Both the position numbers and the translations under genes were made by a program. A stretch of DNA of 64,000 nucleotides, filler included, from Basidiobolus ranarum (taxonomy: Eukaryota), in assembly GCA_040143965.1 (NCBI GenBank). It is 16 parts of 16 records of this genome, joined end to end, with 100 filler letters (N's around TTAATTAATTAA, not from the genome) between each part and the next. Parts side by side here need not be neighbours in the genome. Positions count along the whole stretch, not along the records: positions 12,081 to 16,004 come from JASJQH010009088.1; positions 16,105 to 20,027 come from JASJQH010009089.1; positions 20,128 to 24,050 come from JASJQH010009090.1; positions 24,151 to 28,072 come from JASJQH010009091.1; 12 more parts are not named here. The stretch is one strand, 5' to 3'. Below, in pieces: positions 12,081-25,108 of the stretch. The notes beneath the pieces were generated by a model. The model was not told the DNA's origin, did not search any database, and saw nothing but the letters and a program-made list of their open reading frames with translations. Position 1 is the first letter of the stretch; the number at the start of each line of letters is the position of its first letter.

Positions 12081-14523
12081 ACCAACGACACTACCAACTG
12101 TACGACTCTAATTAGAAGTAAATGGTTATTGTAGATCAGTGGGCCATATAGTTCCAAGTATACACACAATTAATTTTCGAAGACGAGGTATTGCCATAAC
12201 GATACGATAAAATCTCGCTACTTGAAACACAGTAAGATACCGATAAAGCATTCCAGAGGAAACTGTGGGAATAGGAGGTATTTGGATTATGCAGTTTATC
12301 ACAGCCAGGAATAAATCGAGTCGGTTTCTCTTGGACGAAAAGAATTTAGTTCTCCGTTCAGATTTCGGTGTGGCGAAATAGCGGAGAATTATTTCAATGG
12401 CAAAAAAGGCGGTAAATATACGCTCAGCTATCAGAAAATCACCCTGAACTAAAGGAAGCTTAGTTGAGTAAAGTATACATATGTTTTCATCATTACGTAT
12501 TTAGCTCAGCATACTCATGGTTGGATCTGATGATGCAGCGTTGTCTTCATCATCAGGATCATAGGAGCGAACGCACATAATTACAAGGTCAGCTGCCACC
12601 AAAAGTATCCAAAAGTAATAGGTGACTTCAAAATTCTTTTCCAGAAAACTTTGCTTCAGCTTCACTTTGTTTTGACCTTGTAACCCGTCATCTTCTGTAC
12701 CATCATTTAGGACTATAGTAGATCTATTGCATCAAAGTTACATCAGATACTGTGACTGCCATATATCTCACTTTTCGAAGAGACTTACCTAGACGAGATG
12801 AATGCACTATGGTTTGTATCTTCTCGAATCTTGGCAAACATTTCAGTGATTACTGCAACAAACAAGTTGAGAAGCCAAAAGTTGAAGACAACTACTCCGA
12901 TGATGTAGTACAAAGCTGACGGCAAGGAATACTCTGCATCCATGGTTTGGAACATTAATACAAGCCATCCTTGAGCTAGCAAGGTTTATCAGTGTCAACC
13001 CTCGATTGGAAAATCGACTCTAAATACTGCACTTACCAGCCGTGATACCAAACAATATTGGTACAGCTTGGAAAATATTGTTATATCCGAGGGTTCCTTC
13101 AAACGGGCTGCCAATATTCTTACAAAAACTTAGTGAAGGGTATGATACATGGTGTCTATGATTATCCAAAAGAAACAATATCTTACCATGCATTTAAAGT
13201 TAGGAGGACACGCATATCCTTTGGTAAAGTCGTCGTAGTGTCCGCAATATCGCTCCGGAATAGTAAAATATTGCTCCACAGTTTCCGGGTTACTGGGAAT
13301 ATCTTGTATATGGTTAACGATCAAATTCAAAAGTAACTTGGCATGTTAGGAAAACCAACCTGCAGCAACACATCGCCGGTCGAAAGACCCTTCGAATGAG
13401 ATGACTCCAATGATACTGTGCATTCGAAAACGATAGTTAACGTTTCAGCAATTATATACAGAGTGCTTAAAGGTATACGAACCCAAAGAGTAGGAAAAAA
13501 CAGAGCAAGAACAGGGTTACATTAGCTAGAACTGGGGCACTCTTTTTAAGAGATCTCAAGATCGTCTGAAAAAGGAATAAAGTCAGTAAGACTCTTTGGA
13601 GAATAATCTCAGCTGGAAGCATACCCAAGACCCCGAAGTCATAGATATAAGGCGAAATGGTCGCAGAGCACTTAGAGCACTAAACACAGTGAATCGTCCG
13701 TGCCCAGTGAATAGTAGTACAAGGTTAATCCAAAATGAAACAACTACCACAAAATCAATCCGCTGGAAGCTGTGGCGCAAATATGCCCTATCAGGGAAAA
13801 GTGAATCGAGTTCGGAGTGAACGTCCACAACCAGAAATTGAGACTTTTTCATGATGTCAACTCTTGGATGTCTGGGTTGAAGCCCAGATGGGTTTATTAT
13901 AAACCCGGAAATAATGATTCTAGCAATCATCTCCAAACTATCAACGGTAAGCATTGGATTAACATTTGTGAATCTTTCGATAGATCATTAACACTACATA
14001 CGTATAGAATACGAAAATCACAAACAGAGGATAATCAGTCCAACTAGCGCCAAATGTGTAGTCGCGTACTCCAGCATCCCAAAACTGGACACAAAGAAGA
14101 AGCCAATGGTGAACAATCAGGAGAGTAATCAGCAAGCCCATCCATCTACAAGGTTTAAATGGTGAGCACTACTACCATTAACCGAGATTGTTATTAGTAT
14201 TACCTCTTATTAAATAATTTTGCTAAAGCGATTCTCAATGAATTATTGGAGCTGAAAATGTACAGAGAACGGCCACTAAGTCGGTGTGGTTGGGAGTAAA
14301 ATTCATCGTCAGACTTCCTTTCATCCGATTCTGGATTTGAATTCTCAAGTGATACGGGAGCCGAAGATGGATTGTCAAATCGAGTTGTTGATAGGTTGAT
14401 AATGCGCGCTGATGCTCTTTGTATTGCACTCCTCACTGAATGCTTTTGAAAGGTAGTTTGTGAAGTTTTGGGAAGTTTAGTGGAGCTACAGTTCTCTGAA
14501 AGCGAAGTCTCCTCTATATCCAT
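12081..14523 (-). CDS. CCH1: Cch1-type four-domain Ca2+ channel alpha subunit, 5' part (domain I and start of II), multi-exon, truncated by contig end
   Basis: GRSLYIFSSNNSLRI, LEMIARIIISGF, AYLRHSFQRIDFVVVVSFWI, S4 ALSALRPFRL, TILRSLKKSAP, spliced pore ITAAQGW, S6 NFWLLNLFVAVITEMFAKIR; GT-AG introns. Confidence 0.9.
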
Positions 14524-15710
14524 GTGATTAATCAGTTGTGCAATAACTACTTGATTGTTTGTTCAGGTCTCTTTCGTAAACACTATTATCGCTTTTAAGA
14601 CTCCACACCTATTAAATTAAAAAGAGTCAGAATTTTGTGTAACTTGATTAAACCAAACGGGAGAGGAATATCGGTGTTGATAAGTACGTACTGTGGAAGG
14701 AGTGTTATGGGTGGGGTACAAGAAGAAACTGAAACGTACGATAAAGAACGTGTGAGGAAATAAGGTAGGTTGCACAGAAATTTATCTCTACTGAATATCC
14801 AGAGATATAGGACCCAACTGCTCCACGCCAGAACATAGCTTTGTTAGTAATAGTTTAGAAAGACACAACAACTTTAGGTAAAGTCTTACCACAAAAATAG
14901 AAAAATCGAAAAGCGAAACCGGTAAAGTTGTGGTTGAGGCTCTGTTTAAGTATTAAAAAATGCTCAAACAAAGCAAAGCACAATCTATGAGAGCAAGTAA
15001 GGACTAGCGGTCTCAAACGCTCCGCCCATATGTTTTACTAAATATGTATGATCTCATCCAAACTGATCCTAGGAAGGGATATTTCGGCAGTTCTGCAAAA
15101 TCGGCCTTTCGTTAGTAAGCCGACATTCGTCAGGAGAAAGAGGCTTGAGGATCAACTCAAGACAGCAATACTTGCATACAATCAAACAAAATATCCAGGA
15201 CTCTGTACATTACTATATACACTGCATATTGATCAGTTTACTGACACCAAATAGCCACTAAACTTGATTAAACTATTAGTGTTACACGGTACTACATTGT
15301 TTCAAACACGATCCTGTGATCTTTAGCCCAACGCTAACTTAAAGCATCACGGGTATATTCAGTTTAGTCCATTATCTCATTTGCCATTTGCCGTTTGCTG
15401 TAGAGACAATTCTTCCGCTGACTTCAGAAATCTTGGTCAAATTATACTTTCCTAATATGGAGATTTTTTGTATATTTCCTCCTATTGGGATGTGGCTGTG
15501 ACTCCTAATCTGGTCACAATCGCAGCCTAATCTCCAGACAAGCATGAATTTATTTGGTTGAAGCATATATTGAGCCAGTACGAGCCAGTACGCATTTTTG
15601 AAATAATGGTTAACTCATTTTACTTTGCCTGAGGTATACATTCAATCAATATTGCGGTGTTAGATTTGCTTATGGATGCAGCCGATGCAGCGGATAGCGA
15701 ATATTAGGCA

Positions 15711-15745
15711 GTGGATGGTGGATGGTGGATGGTGGATGGTGGATG
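15711..15745 (+). repeat. (GTGGATG)x5 minisatellite
   Basis: Five perfect tandem 7-mers. Confidence 0.9.
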
Positions 15746-16104
15746 ATTCATTGGGTTCAATCAACAAACCAGAACGTCATAGATTCTTATGTAAGAAACT
15801 AAATTCACACCTATCAAGTGGATTTATGGTGATTCTTCTCAGTGAATTCCTCTTGGTCTTCAATATATTAGTAAGCCTCATGCAGTTTGACGATTAAAAT
15901 ATTTATGAACTGTGATATCTATGGACTTGAACCAAGTGCTGTTAATGAGACTTCCACTAGTCATATATTTATTCTTATTGACATGTGATCTATCAATATT
16001 ATTGNNNNNNNNNNNNNNNNNNNNNNNNNNNNNNNNNNNNNNNNNNNNTTAATTAATTAANNNNNNNNNNNNNNNNNNNNNNNNNNNNNNNNNNNNNNNN
16101 NNNN

Positions 16105-16215
16105 ATCATGCCAGAGGGTGATAGATAGTGCCAAATTGTGCCGCATAAATTTTAGAATACTTTATCCAATATGATATATACAGCACAATTTGGCACTATC
16201 ACAGAGAACAAGTCC
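16105..16215. mobile_element. Right half of a Tourist/PIF-Harbinger-like MITE (left part lost at contig start)
   Basis: Near-identical to 20449-20559; ends GAACAAGTCC, the inverse of GGACTTGTTC. Confidence 0.75.
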
Positions 16216-16223
16216 AGTACTTA

Positions 16224-16400
16224 CCCATAGAAGCAAAAACGAGTAGTATTTTTTGATTTTCTCTTCCATTTCAGTGCCGTTCTTCAAGCCTTCACAAATC
16301 AAACCTTCACTCAGGAAGATATAAATACTTATCAGGGTGCAAAGAATGCCGATGATGAGGCAGCACCAAGCCAATCGTATTCATATTTAAACACCTCGTA
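16224..16400 (-). pseudogene. Exon of a small membrane-protein gene family, copy 1
   Basis: AWCCLIIGILCTLISIYIFLSEGLICEGLKNGTEM...YSFLLLW then GTAAGT donor; paralogous to 17768-17960. Confidence 0.45.
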
Positions 16401-17569
16401 TTTAGGGTTAGGGTCATCAAGCCTAGATTTTGGGTGACAATGGGAATATGCTCATCTGCTGTACTTTCATTGATCCTGAGGCAGGCGAGCATTAGTTTTA
16501 AATCGACAACGACTTATATGGAATACCGTTACATGCACATGGAATATAATAGTGTCAAGATGGTCTGTTGAGTTACATCGAGAAACACTCTCCTAATCAC
16601 AGGACAGAACATACATTCTACTTCTATTTAGAAATCCGATGGTAGAGATCTGACAGTAACCAAGCCTAGATCGTGTGACAATGAGAATATGCTCATCCAC
16701 TGTATTTTCATCCATACATTAATCTAGATGGAAACTTTGACAGCAATATAGACAATGGATTTAGAAGTAGTGGGTTACGATATTAACACATATATAATAT
16801 AATTAAAGAATTAGGGATATATCAGTAAATGTTGTGTTGCCCTGAGTGACAATATTCAACCCACTAATTCAATTGTAAATGCAACGGATTCTGAAGGCCG
16901 CGGTTGGTGTGTACCTGCCAATATAATTAGTTTCATCGTTGTTCAACGTCGCCCGAGTGAGATTGAAGAGATATCTTGTGAGAGTAAGAAGAGATAACAC
17001 TTCAATCAGATATATATATATTCATTATAGAACTGTATAGCAGTCCAGTTGACAAAAAGGCTACACAAATATAGTAATGGAACATATAAATCCTATGCAA
17101 AACAAAACCGAAATATTGCATTTATCTAGGCGTAACGCTCCTCATCATTCAGAAATGCTATATTATATAATGGATGGTTGACCCACTTGAGATAATTCGA
17201 AGACTATCAAAAAGCTATACATGAATCTAAATAGAAATTCAGCCAGGAATATTACATGATGAATGTTTATTGATTTCACTAGGGTTCATTACATAATGGA
17301 TGGTCAGCTTACTTGAGATAATGCTTGGATTACGTGACTGACAATTCTTCTGTTGAGAAAATTGACGTCATATAAGCATTCCGATAGCTCCATACTGATT
17401 GCAAATCATATATCAAGCCAAGCCAAGATAGGATACTCAATCAGTTTAGGTCATGGTTGAATCTACATGTTTAGATATTTGATATTTGCTTCAATTCAGG
17501 AAGTGGAAGATCAGTTGTGCTGATATATATATATACATGAAAAATTAGCCAAAATATCAATAATACATA

Positions 17570-17960
17570 CTATGCCATTGAAATATACCTGGAGGAAAAA
17601 GCAGGTTGAATGTACTTGGCTTCGCCCAATTCTATTTGGGAGATTCTGCGTATTATAGCGCGACGAAGCTGGTAGCAAAGCAGCACTAGTAACATGCCAC
17701 ATACAAACCATTGAATCATTTAGTTACAAAAATAAATAGAAAGCTCATCGATCGATACAGTACTTACCATTGGAAGTAAAAGCCTGTATCGGTGTTGGGT
17801 ATACCTTTTCATTTCAGTATTGGCACTCAAGCCTTCGCAAACTGAATCTTCATTTTGGAAGATATAAGTAATTGCCATGGTGTGAAGAATAGTGATAACG
17901 AGGCTGCACCAGGCTGATCGTGTAAATATTCGAACACCTCTTAGTTTATCATTTCTATAC
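17570..17960 (-). pseudogene. Two exons of the same membrane-protein family, copy 2 (probable pseudogene)
   Basis: AWCSLVITILHTMAITYIFQNEDSVCEGLSANTEM...YRLLLPM|GTAAGT, then MIQWFVCGMLLVLLCYQLRRAIIRR...*; the last acceptor appears to be TAA instead of TAG. Confidence 0.45.
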
Positions 17961-20127
17961 CTGTAAAACAGAATGCAGTGGACAAGTAGTGATAAGAAAC
18001 TAGTGCCTAGGTAAATATTGGGGGATAGTTGAGAGCGTTTGTTGCAATACGCGAGGATTTGACGAGTGTCCCAAAGCTATGGTGTGATAATTAATATTAC
18101 AACCGTGATGAGTTATCTAATGTATCTAGCTGAGTTGTCTAGTGTGCATAGACAGCCTTACGTACCAGTTTGAGAGCGTTACCAGTCATGTAACAGGAAC
18201 TAATAATAAGATTCAAGTAGGTTGTATTATTACTATTTTCTGAGGTAAAGTGCTCAGCTAATACCAAGAAGAAATTAGATAAACAACTCATTTTTAACGC
18301 AGGAGATGCAGAAATAATCCGTTTACGGGGGAGAATAGATTTTATATCAAAATGGTAATATTCACATCCGTAAGTCCTTTCTTTCGAAGAAAATTATTAT
18401 CAGGAAATCAGCTCTTGTTTTACTTCACCTTTCCACATGCCTAGATCGACATTTTAGATGGAACATCTATGTTTATGCTATATAGAGGATTACAGCTAGT
18501 TGAGACGTATCTGGAGAAAGAGATGTTTCGTAAGGCTATAAATTTATCCACCTGCACTTGAAGAGTTGAGCCCACAGTCAAGATTACCATGAGTGATGAT
18601 ATTCAACCCAGTAATTCAAATGTATAAGCAGCAGGCAACAGTTTTATGAAGCTAAGCACTGCCATGACTGATGTCGGATCGTACCTGGCGGAATAGATAA
18701 GTTTCAAGGCTGAAAATTTACCAAAATCCACTTAAGGCCTACTAATAGTGGAATGGCAACTGTAAACATATATTTATACCACATGAAATATACAAATATA
18801 TCTCTCTATGTGCTCACATGAGAACTAAATGCATATTCTACATGACTAGATTAGCAAAAGAGACAGAGGTTTTAGAACACCAAGAAAAAGCGAACACACA
18901 TATAGCACATGAATATGCATGTCCATTTCAGTGCAATCAAGTAGTATCTTATAAACTGGATCCTCATTCAGGAGGACATGACAAATAGAACAAGCTCATA
19001 CCAAAGTAAATATCATCATGCTGGTAATGAAGAAGGGAGTAAGTAGTAAGTTTTCAGAAGTTCTACATTATACGACAAGAGATGGTTATGTTATGATATG
19101 CAATATATGAGGAATTTAAGCATTGACAGGAGGCTGTATTTCAAAGGTTCCGATGATATTTTTATGAAGCTAAAGTGAACTGATTAGCCACTTTAGGTCA
19201 TTATGGAATTGGGTCCTGTCGAGTCCACATGATTTGGTTGTTATTACCGAATTGAAGGGAATATTTTCGGGTATATTGAAACATCTTTCGGCCTCTTACT
19301 ATTGCAGCTTTAATAATGCAATAGATGATATTACTATAGTTGATAATCTGTATAGAAAGATTAATCATGAGTATACATATGTATACCAACAAAATAGGAT
19401 TTGTGTATTTCCCATCAAATTCCAGCGATACAGAGAAATATATGTAATCCGTTCCTTTTGGCACAATATTTTCATTCATACATCCACTCCTACTGAGATA
19501 TATCGCTACTATTTATGTTCGGATGCATGTATAAATGATTATTTAATAGAGAGTAAGTGTATGTAATTATACTGAATATGTAATATATATATATATCTGC
19601 TGATTGTTGAGCTACATCGAGAAATGCTCTTATACTTTAACCAGTTAAGCTCTTTTCAGCACGCTCGCTCAGCTCTCCTCGGGCGGTACAAGAGTTACTA
19701 GATGGATGAGAGACCTGGTAATAGTATAATGGGAGAGCAACGATAGAATAGAGCTATATATATAAGTCTAGTTAGAAAAATAACCACTGAATGTTTAGAA
19801 CAATACAGTACATACGGAAAGAATCAAGCCTGCACAAGACAAAACTAACCCACAAAGAGTAAGCTTGAAATGACTCTGGTGACATGTATTTATGTCCATT
19901 GCGAAGATAGCACTATTACTCATTCTTTCACAAAAGACATCTAAACCAAATTTGCAAGCACCAAGCATACTGATAATCAAACCCGCCCAGAAATATGGAA
20001 TGGAGTTTTGATTTCCCTTAATTTTGTNNNNNNNNNNNNNNNNNNNNNNNNNNNNNNNNNNNNNNNNNNNNTTAATTAATTAANNNNNNNNNNNNNNNNN
20101 NNNNNNNNNNNNNNNNNNNNNNNNNNN

Positions 20128-20206
20128 AACTTATATGTGATATATGAAATAGTTAGGTGTATAAAGAGAGAGATAACAAATATGATAAAGACAATAAACT
20201 TTAACA
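20128..20206 (-). mobile_element. 5' end of a third LTR family (C), abutting CACTA DNA
   Basis: Reverse complement TGTTAAAGTTTATTGTCTTTATCATATTTG matches 55991 onward. Confidence 0.65.
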
Positions 20207-22511
20207 TATACTCCAGTAGGTTCCTGAAAAAAATAACAGCAACTTGATCTGGATTGTATCCACCCTTCTGAATTGAAAAACCATCATAGAATTATCCCAA
20301 TATTGGTGGCTTGCATTCTGCCAGGGATATTGATAGTGAGATGGTAGCTTCTTGATGATATTTTGAGAGTATTCATAGGACTTGTTCCATTGGGCCAAGA
20401 TTTATTGGACCTTGGATCAATATATCAGAGTAAATCTGATTGAAGTTGATCATGCCAGAGGGTGATGGATAGTGCCAAATTGTGCTGCAAAAGTTTTAGA
20501 ATACTTTATCCAATATGATATGAATAGCACAATCTGGCACTATCACAGAGAACACATCCATACATGTTGAAACATTGATCATTATATTTGGCATGCATTA
20601 TTCAATTTCCAGCAATTTTCACAAAAATATAATTTTTAAATGGCAAATAACTGGGTCTATTGCTGTACAAATTTGAGTTAATATGCATGCCTTTATTTAG
20701 ATACTTTGGGCTTTGTATTCAACCCATAATGAGAATGAAAAGATACAAGAATCTTGTTGTGTTTAGACTCTACATATGCATATACTTGACTGATCAGTCA
20801 TAACTCAACAACATCACTATGCTTTATTGCAAACTAATGGTGGAAAAAATGGTAAACTTCTGAAATTTTGAATTGCACTGACACTTGGCAAATAGCTGAC
20901 TCTTGTTACCATTCACAATGAGAATATGCTCTTGGATTTAGGCAAATATCCATAAAGAATTCTGCCAAAATATCCCCAACTTGCAGTCTGCAAATGTCCT
21001 GCCCAAAGTAGATGTGTCATTGCTCCAATAGATTGCCCCATGGCTAAAATAATATTACTGCATATTTGATTAACTCACCAAGAAGTCTATCTTACAGCTT
21101 TCCTAGAAATACCATCAGACTAGAACACAAACAAATTAGTACAGATTATAGAGATACTTACTCTGTGTCCATGGATTGAGTTTTGTTGCTGTTATTGTAC
21201 TCAAACAATGCAAAAACCCATGAACACATTGAAAAGAGCCCTCTATTTCAAGGTTAATATACTTTGGAGTCTCCTTAACCCGTCACATTACATCCATCTC
21301 AAATTTTACTGATACATTGTCAATCACATTAGCATACAGTAACACTAAGGATTTCACACAGAGCATCATTTCACCACAGGCATGCTCCATTGGGAACTCC
21401 CTGAATGTATAATAAGGGCCTATAATCTCCAAGCATTGTGAAAGATGCAGCAGGGATATATTGACTACTGACCAACATTCATTCTATCTTCTGCAAACCT
21501 GTAATAAAGTTTTTCATGTCCAATCACAAAATCTTTACACAGTTGCTGTATCTGCCTGAGATCTGCCAATGAGAGTTGATGCCTTAAGAATATATTAACA
21601 GTATCCACAAACAACTTCCAATTTTGCCAATACTTCTCAGGCAGAAATCTTTTCAAGTTTCCACTTTAATATACACAAATCCAATACTTCCAGTCTTTGC
21701 ATTTAAATAAATACCTAGATGAGTGGATATTGAAGGGAGTGCTGGTAAAATATGATGGGTTCTTGATGTTTTCAAGCATTTTCCAAATTGATTCAAACTC
21801 TGATCCTATCAAGAATGGCTCATTCATATTGAGTTTCCACTATATAGCTGAGTAAGTAGAATTGTAATGTTGCTGAATAGTAAGAGCATAGTGCCTAATG
21901 GGAAGCTCCAGCTCCAGCCAATACCCTTTAGCACAATAATCTTAGGCTTACATCTAATACCAAGTTTGATGTCTGACTGACTATCTGGTGAATTGCTATC
22001 AGTGATCATATTGGAATCTGACTGGGCACTTGTTAGTAAAGTCATGGAGTTTAGTGTCGTATTTGGATTATAGTGTAAACTCCATTGATTTGACAACATC
22101 TACAGCAAGATAGTGCATTGAACTCACAAAAACCTCCAAGTTTACTCATGGCAGGGGTGTCACCAGTTACAGACAATGAAATTAGCTTTAATAAAATGTT
22201 TGCTCTTCTGATCCCCATTAGATAACTGTTCAAATTCCACAATCAAAGGCTCCACAAAGCTTTTAAAAGCACTGGTAATTCAGGGCCAGATGTGATGGAT
22301 AGTATCAAAATATTATGACTCTTGTGCCATTCAGAAGGAGGAAGATTTAGGTCAATTAAAATTATTGGTAAGCAAGCCTTTCCAATGGTATATTTGTTTA
22401 GTGAGAGACCATCCAGAGCCAATGTAAATGCATGATCATATGTGTTCTTGCAGAAACCTTGACTTTTCAGATTCTGGTAGTGATATCCATCAGGTATATT
22501 GGTGATACCAT
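20207..22511 (-). mobile_element. Degenerate CACTA-superfamily transposase (Transposase_21/TnpD-like)
   Basis: GDTPAMSKLGGFCEFNALSCCRCC, KRFLPEKYWQNWKLFV, EFPME; colinear with 33777-36101. Confidence 0.88.
20378..20559. mobile_element. 182-bp Tourist/PIF-Harbinger-like MITE with 3-bp TSD (ATA)
   Basis: GGACTTGTTC...GAACACATCC flanked by ATA on both sides; the empty site TTC-ATA-CATG is seen in another CACTA copy (~58718). Confidence 0.8.
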
Positions 22512-24050
22512 CCCTAACAGAAATTTAAGGATTGTTATTGTAGGAAAACTGTCACAATTTTAATCCATTTGGGATTGACCATTTACTTACCATCAAAAAA
22601 TCATCAGGATAAATTTGATTTTAATCAATTTTTTCAGTTTCAGGAGTGAAATTTCAAGATCTTGCAAAATAGTTGCACATGATTGGCTACAATTTCAGCA
22701 AACTATGGATCAACACATGTGCAAAAAACATGACTCAAGTTTTACACATTTACCACTTGAATGCTAATTTGTCACCTTTGAAATTCCTAGTTTCTTTGAT
22801 ATACTGTCCTGAATATTTTAATACAGGTCTTCATACCAAGGTTTAGCTCATATTTGATACAAGTTTGTATTAATATCTCCATTAAAGCCCACCATTGTTT
22901 TAACGTTGCTGAATCAACATTCTTCCAGCTATCTGGTAGATACCATGCAATATTGTGCCACTCTGTATTAAGTTCTTCCCAGATATCTGCATGGTCAACA
23001 CAAAACTGAATGTCAACTTGAATGTTCTTCTTCTGAAGTCACTTTCTGCATACCTGCACTGCATTTTTTCCTTCACACCTTTGAAAATACTCCTCAAGTA
23101 CTTTTACTATTTTCATGCATCCTTGTAGTGTGATACTACTGAGAGTGGTTTGTGGTGTTTGTATGGCTTTTTCTTGCCTTTAAGTTTGGGGCTAATTTTA
23201 ACACTTTGACAAGTACCAGTTGAGATTGGAGAGCCATATGTTTTATTTGCTAGTGTTTTGACTTGTTGAGAGATGCCAGGTGTTGGATGAACTTCCAAAT
23301 TTAGCACTCTTCCAACAGGTGTACCTGGTTCCATGGTGAAATTAAGCTTTTTTGCCAGTATATTTAACTATTGAAATGCAGATCTTTGTAATGGTGTGAA
23401 GAACTTGGTAAGTGGGACAGTAGAGCCTAAAATCAATGTCTCCTTTGCTTTTCCATTGGGTTTACTAACTTCCAGCTCCTTGAGTACTTCTTTAGCTGCT
23501 TTTCTTTCTTTTCCAAGTTGATAGTTGCATACATTTTTTTGATGTTTTATGAAGAGGCCTATTCCAGCTCAATTGCCATTTGCTTGCAAAAACCCAGAAT
23601 AAGCCACACAAAATAAGTGAAGAACCTTCAGAGTAATGCCTGGTTTTTGGTTTTTCACAATTGGCTCCAATTGAGATGATTTTGGGCAAGATTTCACACA
23701 GTCTCCAAAATGTTTGACCACTCATTGTCAGAGCAAGTGACAGCAGTTCTTACATTCAGAGTCTTTTGGCTTGCTGGTTTTCCTATGAGATTTCTACTTT
23801 CATGTGCCCAAGCAATTTTGGGCAGTTATGTAGCCTCAATGGTCAAATACATATTCTGCTCTGCTAGATTAGCATGGTGACATTCATATGTATGATGTAG
23901 GATTGATTGACATCCCACATAAGAATAGATGGAGGAACAGCATGTTGCTGTAGCTCAAGTACAGCATTCTGAAGGTCTTGTATCATTGTTGAGTGACTCT
24001 CTAACTGTTGACCAGTTGCTTCCAAATGCTGCATTAATTGCAATGTTGTG
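22512..24050 (-). mobile_element. Second CACTA-superfamily copy nested in the first: terminus A and ORF2
   Basis: Begins CCCTAACAGAAATTTAAGG exactly where the host transposase is interrupted; ORF2 fragment MEPGTPVGRVLNLEVHPTPG. Confidence 0.8.
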
Positions 24051-24150
24051 NNNNNNNNNNNNNNNNNNNNNNNNNNNNNNNNNNNNNNNNNNNNTTAATT
24101 AATTAANNNNNNNNNNNNNNNNNNNNNNNNNNNNNNNNNNNNNNNNNNNN

Positions 24151-24620
24151 TACAGAAGGTCCACTCAACCTCAATTGGAACACCATTATGAAGACTATAA
24201 ACGAAGATACAGCAGCGTTCTTCCAGGATGGTGGTTGGAGCTTTTTGCGGAATGATTCCGACGCCGAGCATTCAGATGCCTCCGAAGACTTGGAAAGTGA
24301 GTTCGAAATGGAATCCGACGACTTCGCCGAAAGTTCTTCAGACCAGAGTTCCATCGACTCGGATAAGTATTCGGAGTCTGATTCAGGCTCAGGTTCTGAT
24401 GTAGAAGAATCCGGGGAAGATTGGGATGAGCTCGAAGAGAAAGCACGAAAATGTAAGTATTTAATGCATAATATTGATCTAATGGTAGGGTTCAGGGTTT
24501 AATTGAGTTTTTCTAGATGATGAGAAGAAGCACGGTGCCTCCACCTCAGAACCTAAACAGGAGCCCAAACGTAAAACCAACGGAAACAGTGCTAGACCTC
24601 AGAAGAAAGCTAGACATTAA
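24151..24620 (+). CDS. SPT16: FACT complex subunit Spt16, 3' end (exons ..24452 and 24517-24620)
   Basis: [28 protein letters not shown], then an acidic tail with [11 protein letters not shown] and a basic tail after an in-phase GT-AG intron. Confidence 0.92.
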
Positions 24621-25108
24621 ACTATGTATTAATTATTTGGAGACAATGACCAATCTTGCTCGACCTTTATGCATACTCGACAGTGCCACGGGTGTTCATG
24701 GTCGAACTTCTTTCTATTCACTTTTTACTTTATCTTTGCATATTTTTTATTCGTAGAGGATGATATTATTGTTGTGGTTAATTTGGAGTAAAGCACCAAA
24801 CAAAAGATGCGATATTTACGAAACTGAACAATTGTCAGCTTAGTTCGTTTTTACCTCAAGCTTGATACACCCACCAATCTCCCTGTTAAATGTCTCTTTC
24901 GTTAAAATAAACCAAACCAATTGGGCAGAAAGTTGCTGTTCACGTGAAAATGTAAGAATTGTATTGTATTTCAGATGTGGACTTGATATTTATTACAAAC
25001 AGTCAGAAACAGGAATGTGCAAGATGTCGTACAAAGAACTACATGGAAATAGCTTCATTGCTGGCTAACCGTAACATGATTCAATGCAGAATGATTAGTA
25101 TAGGCCAA

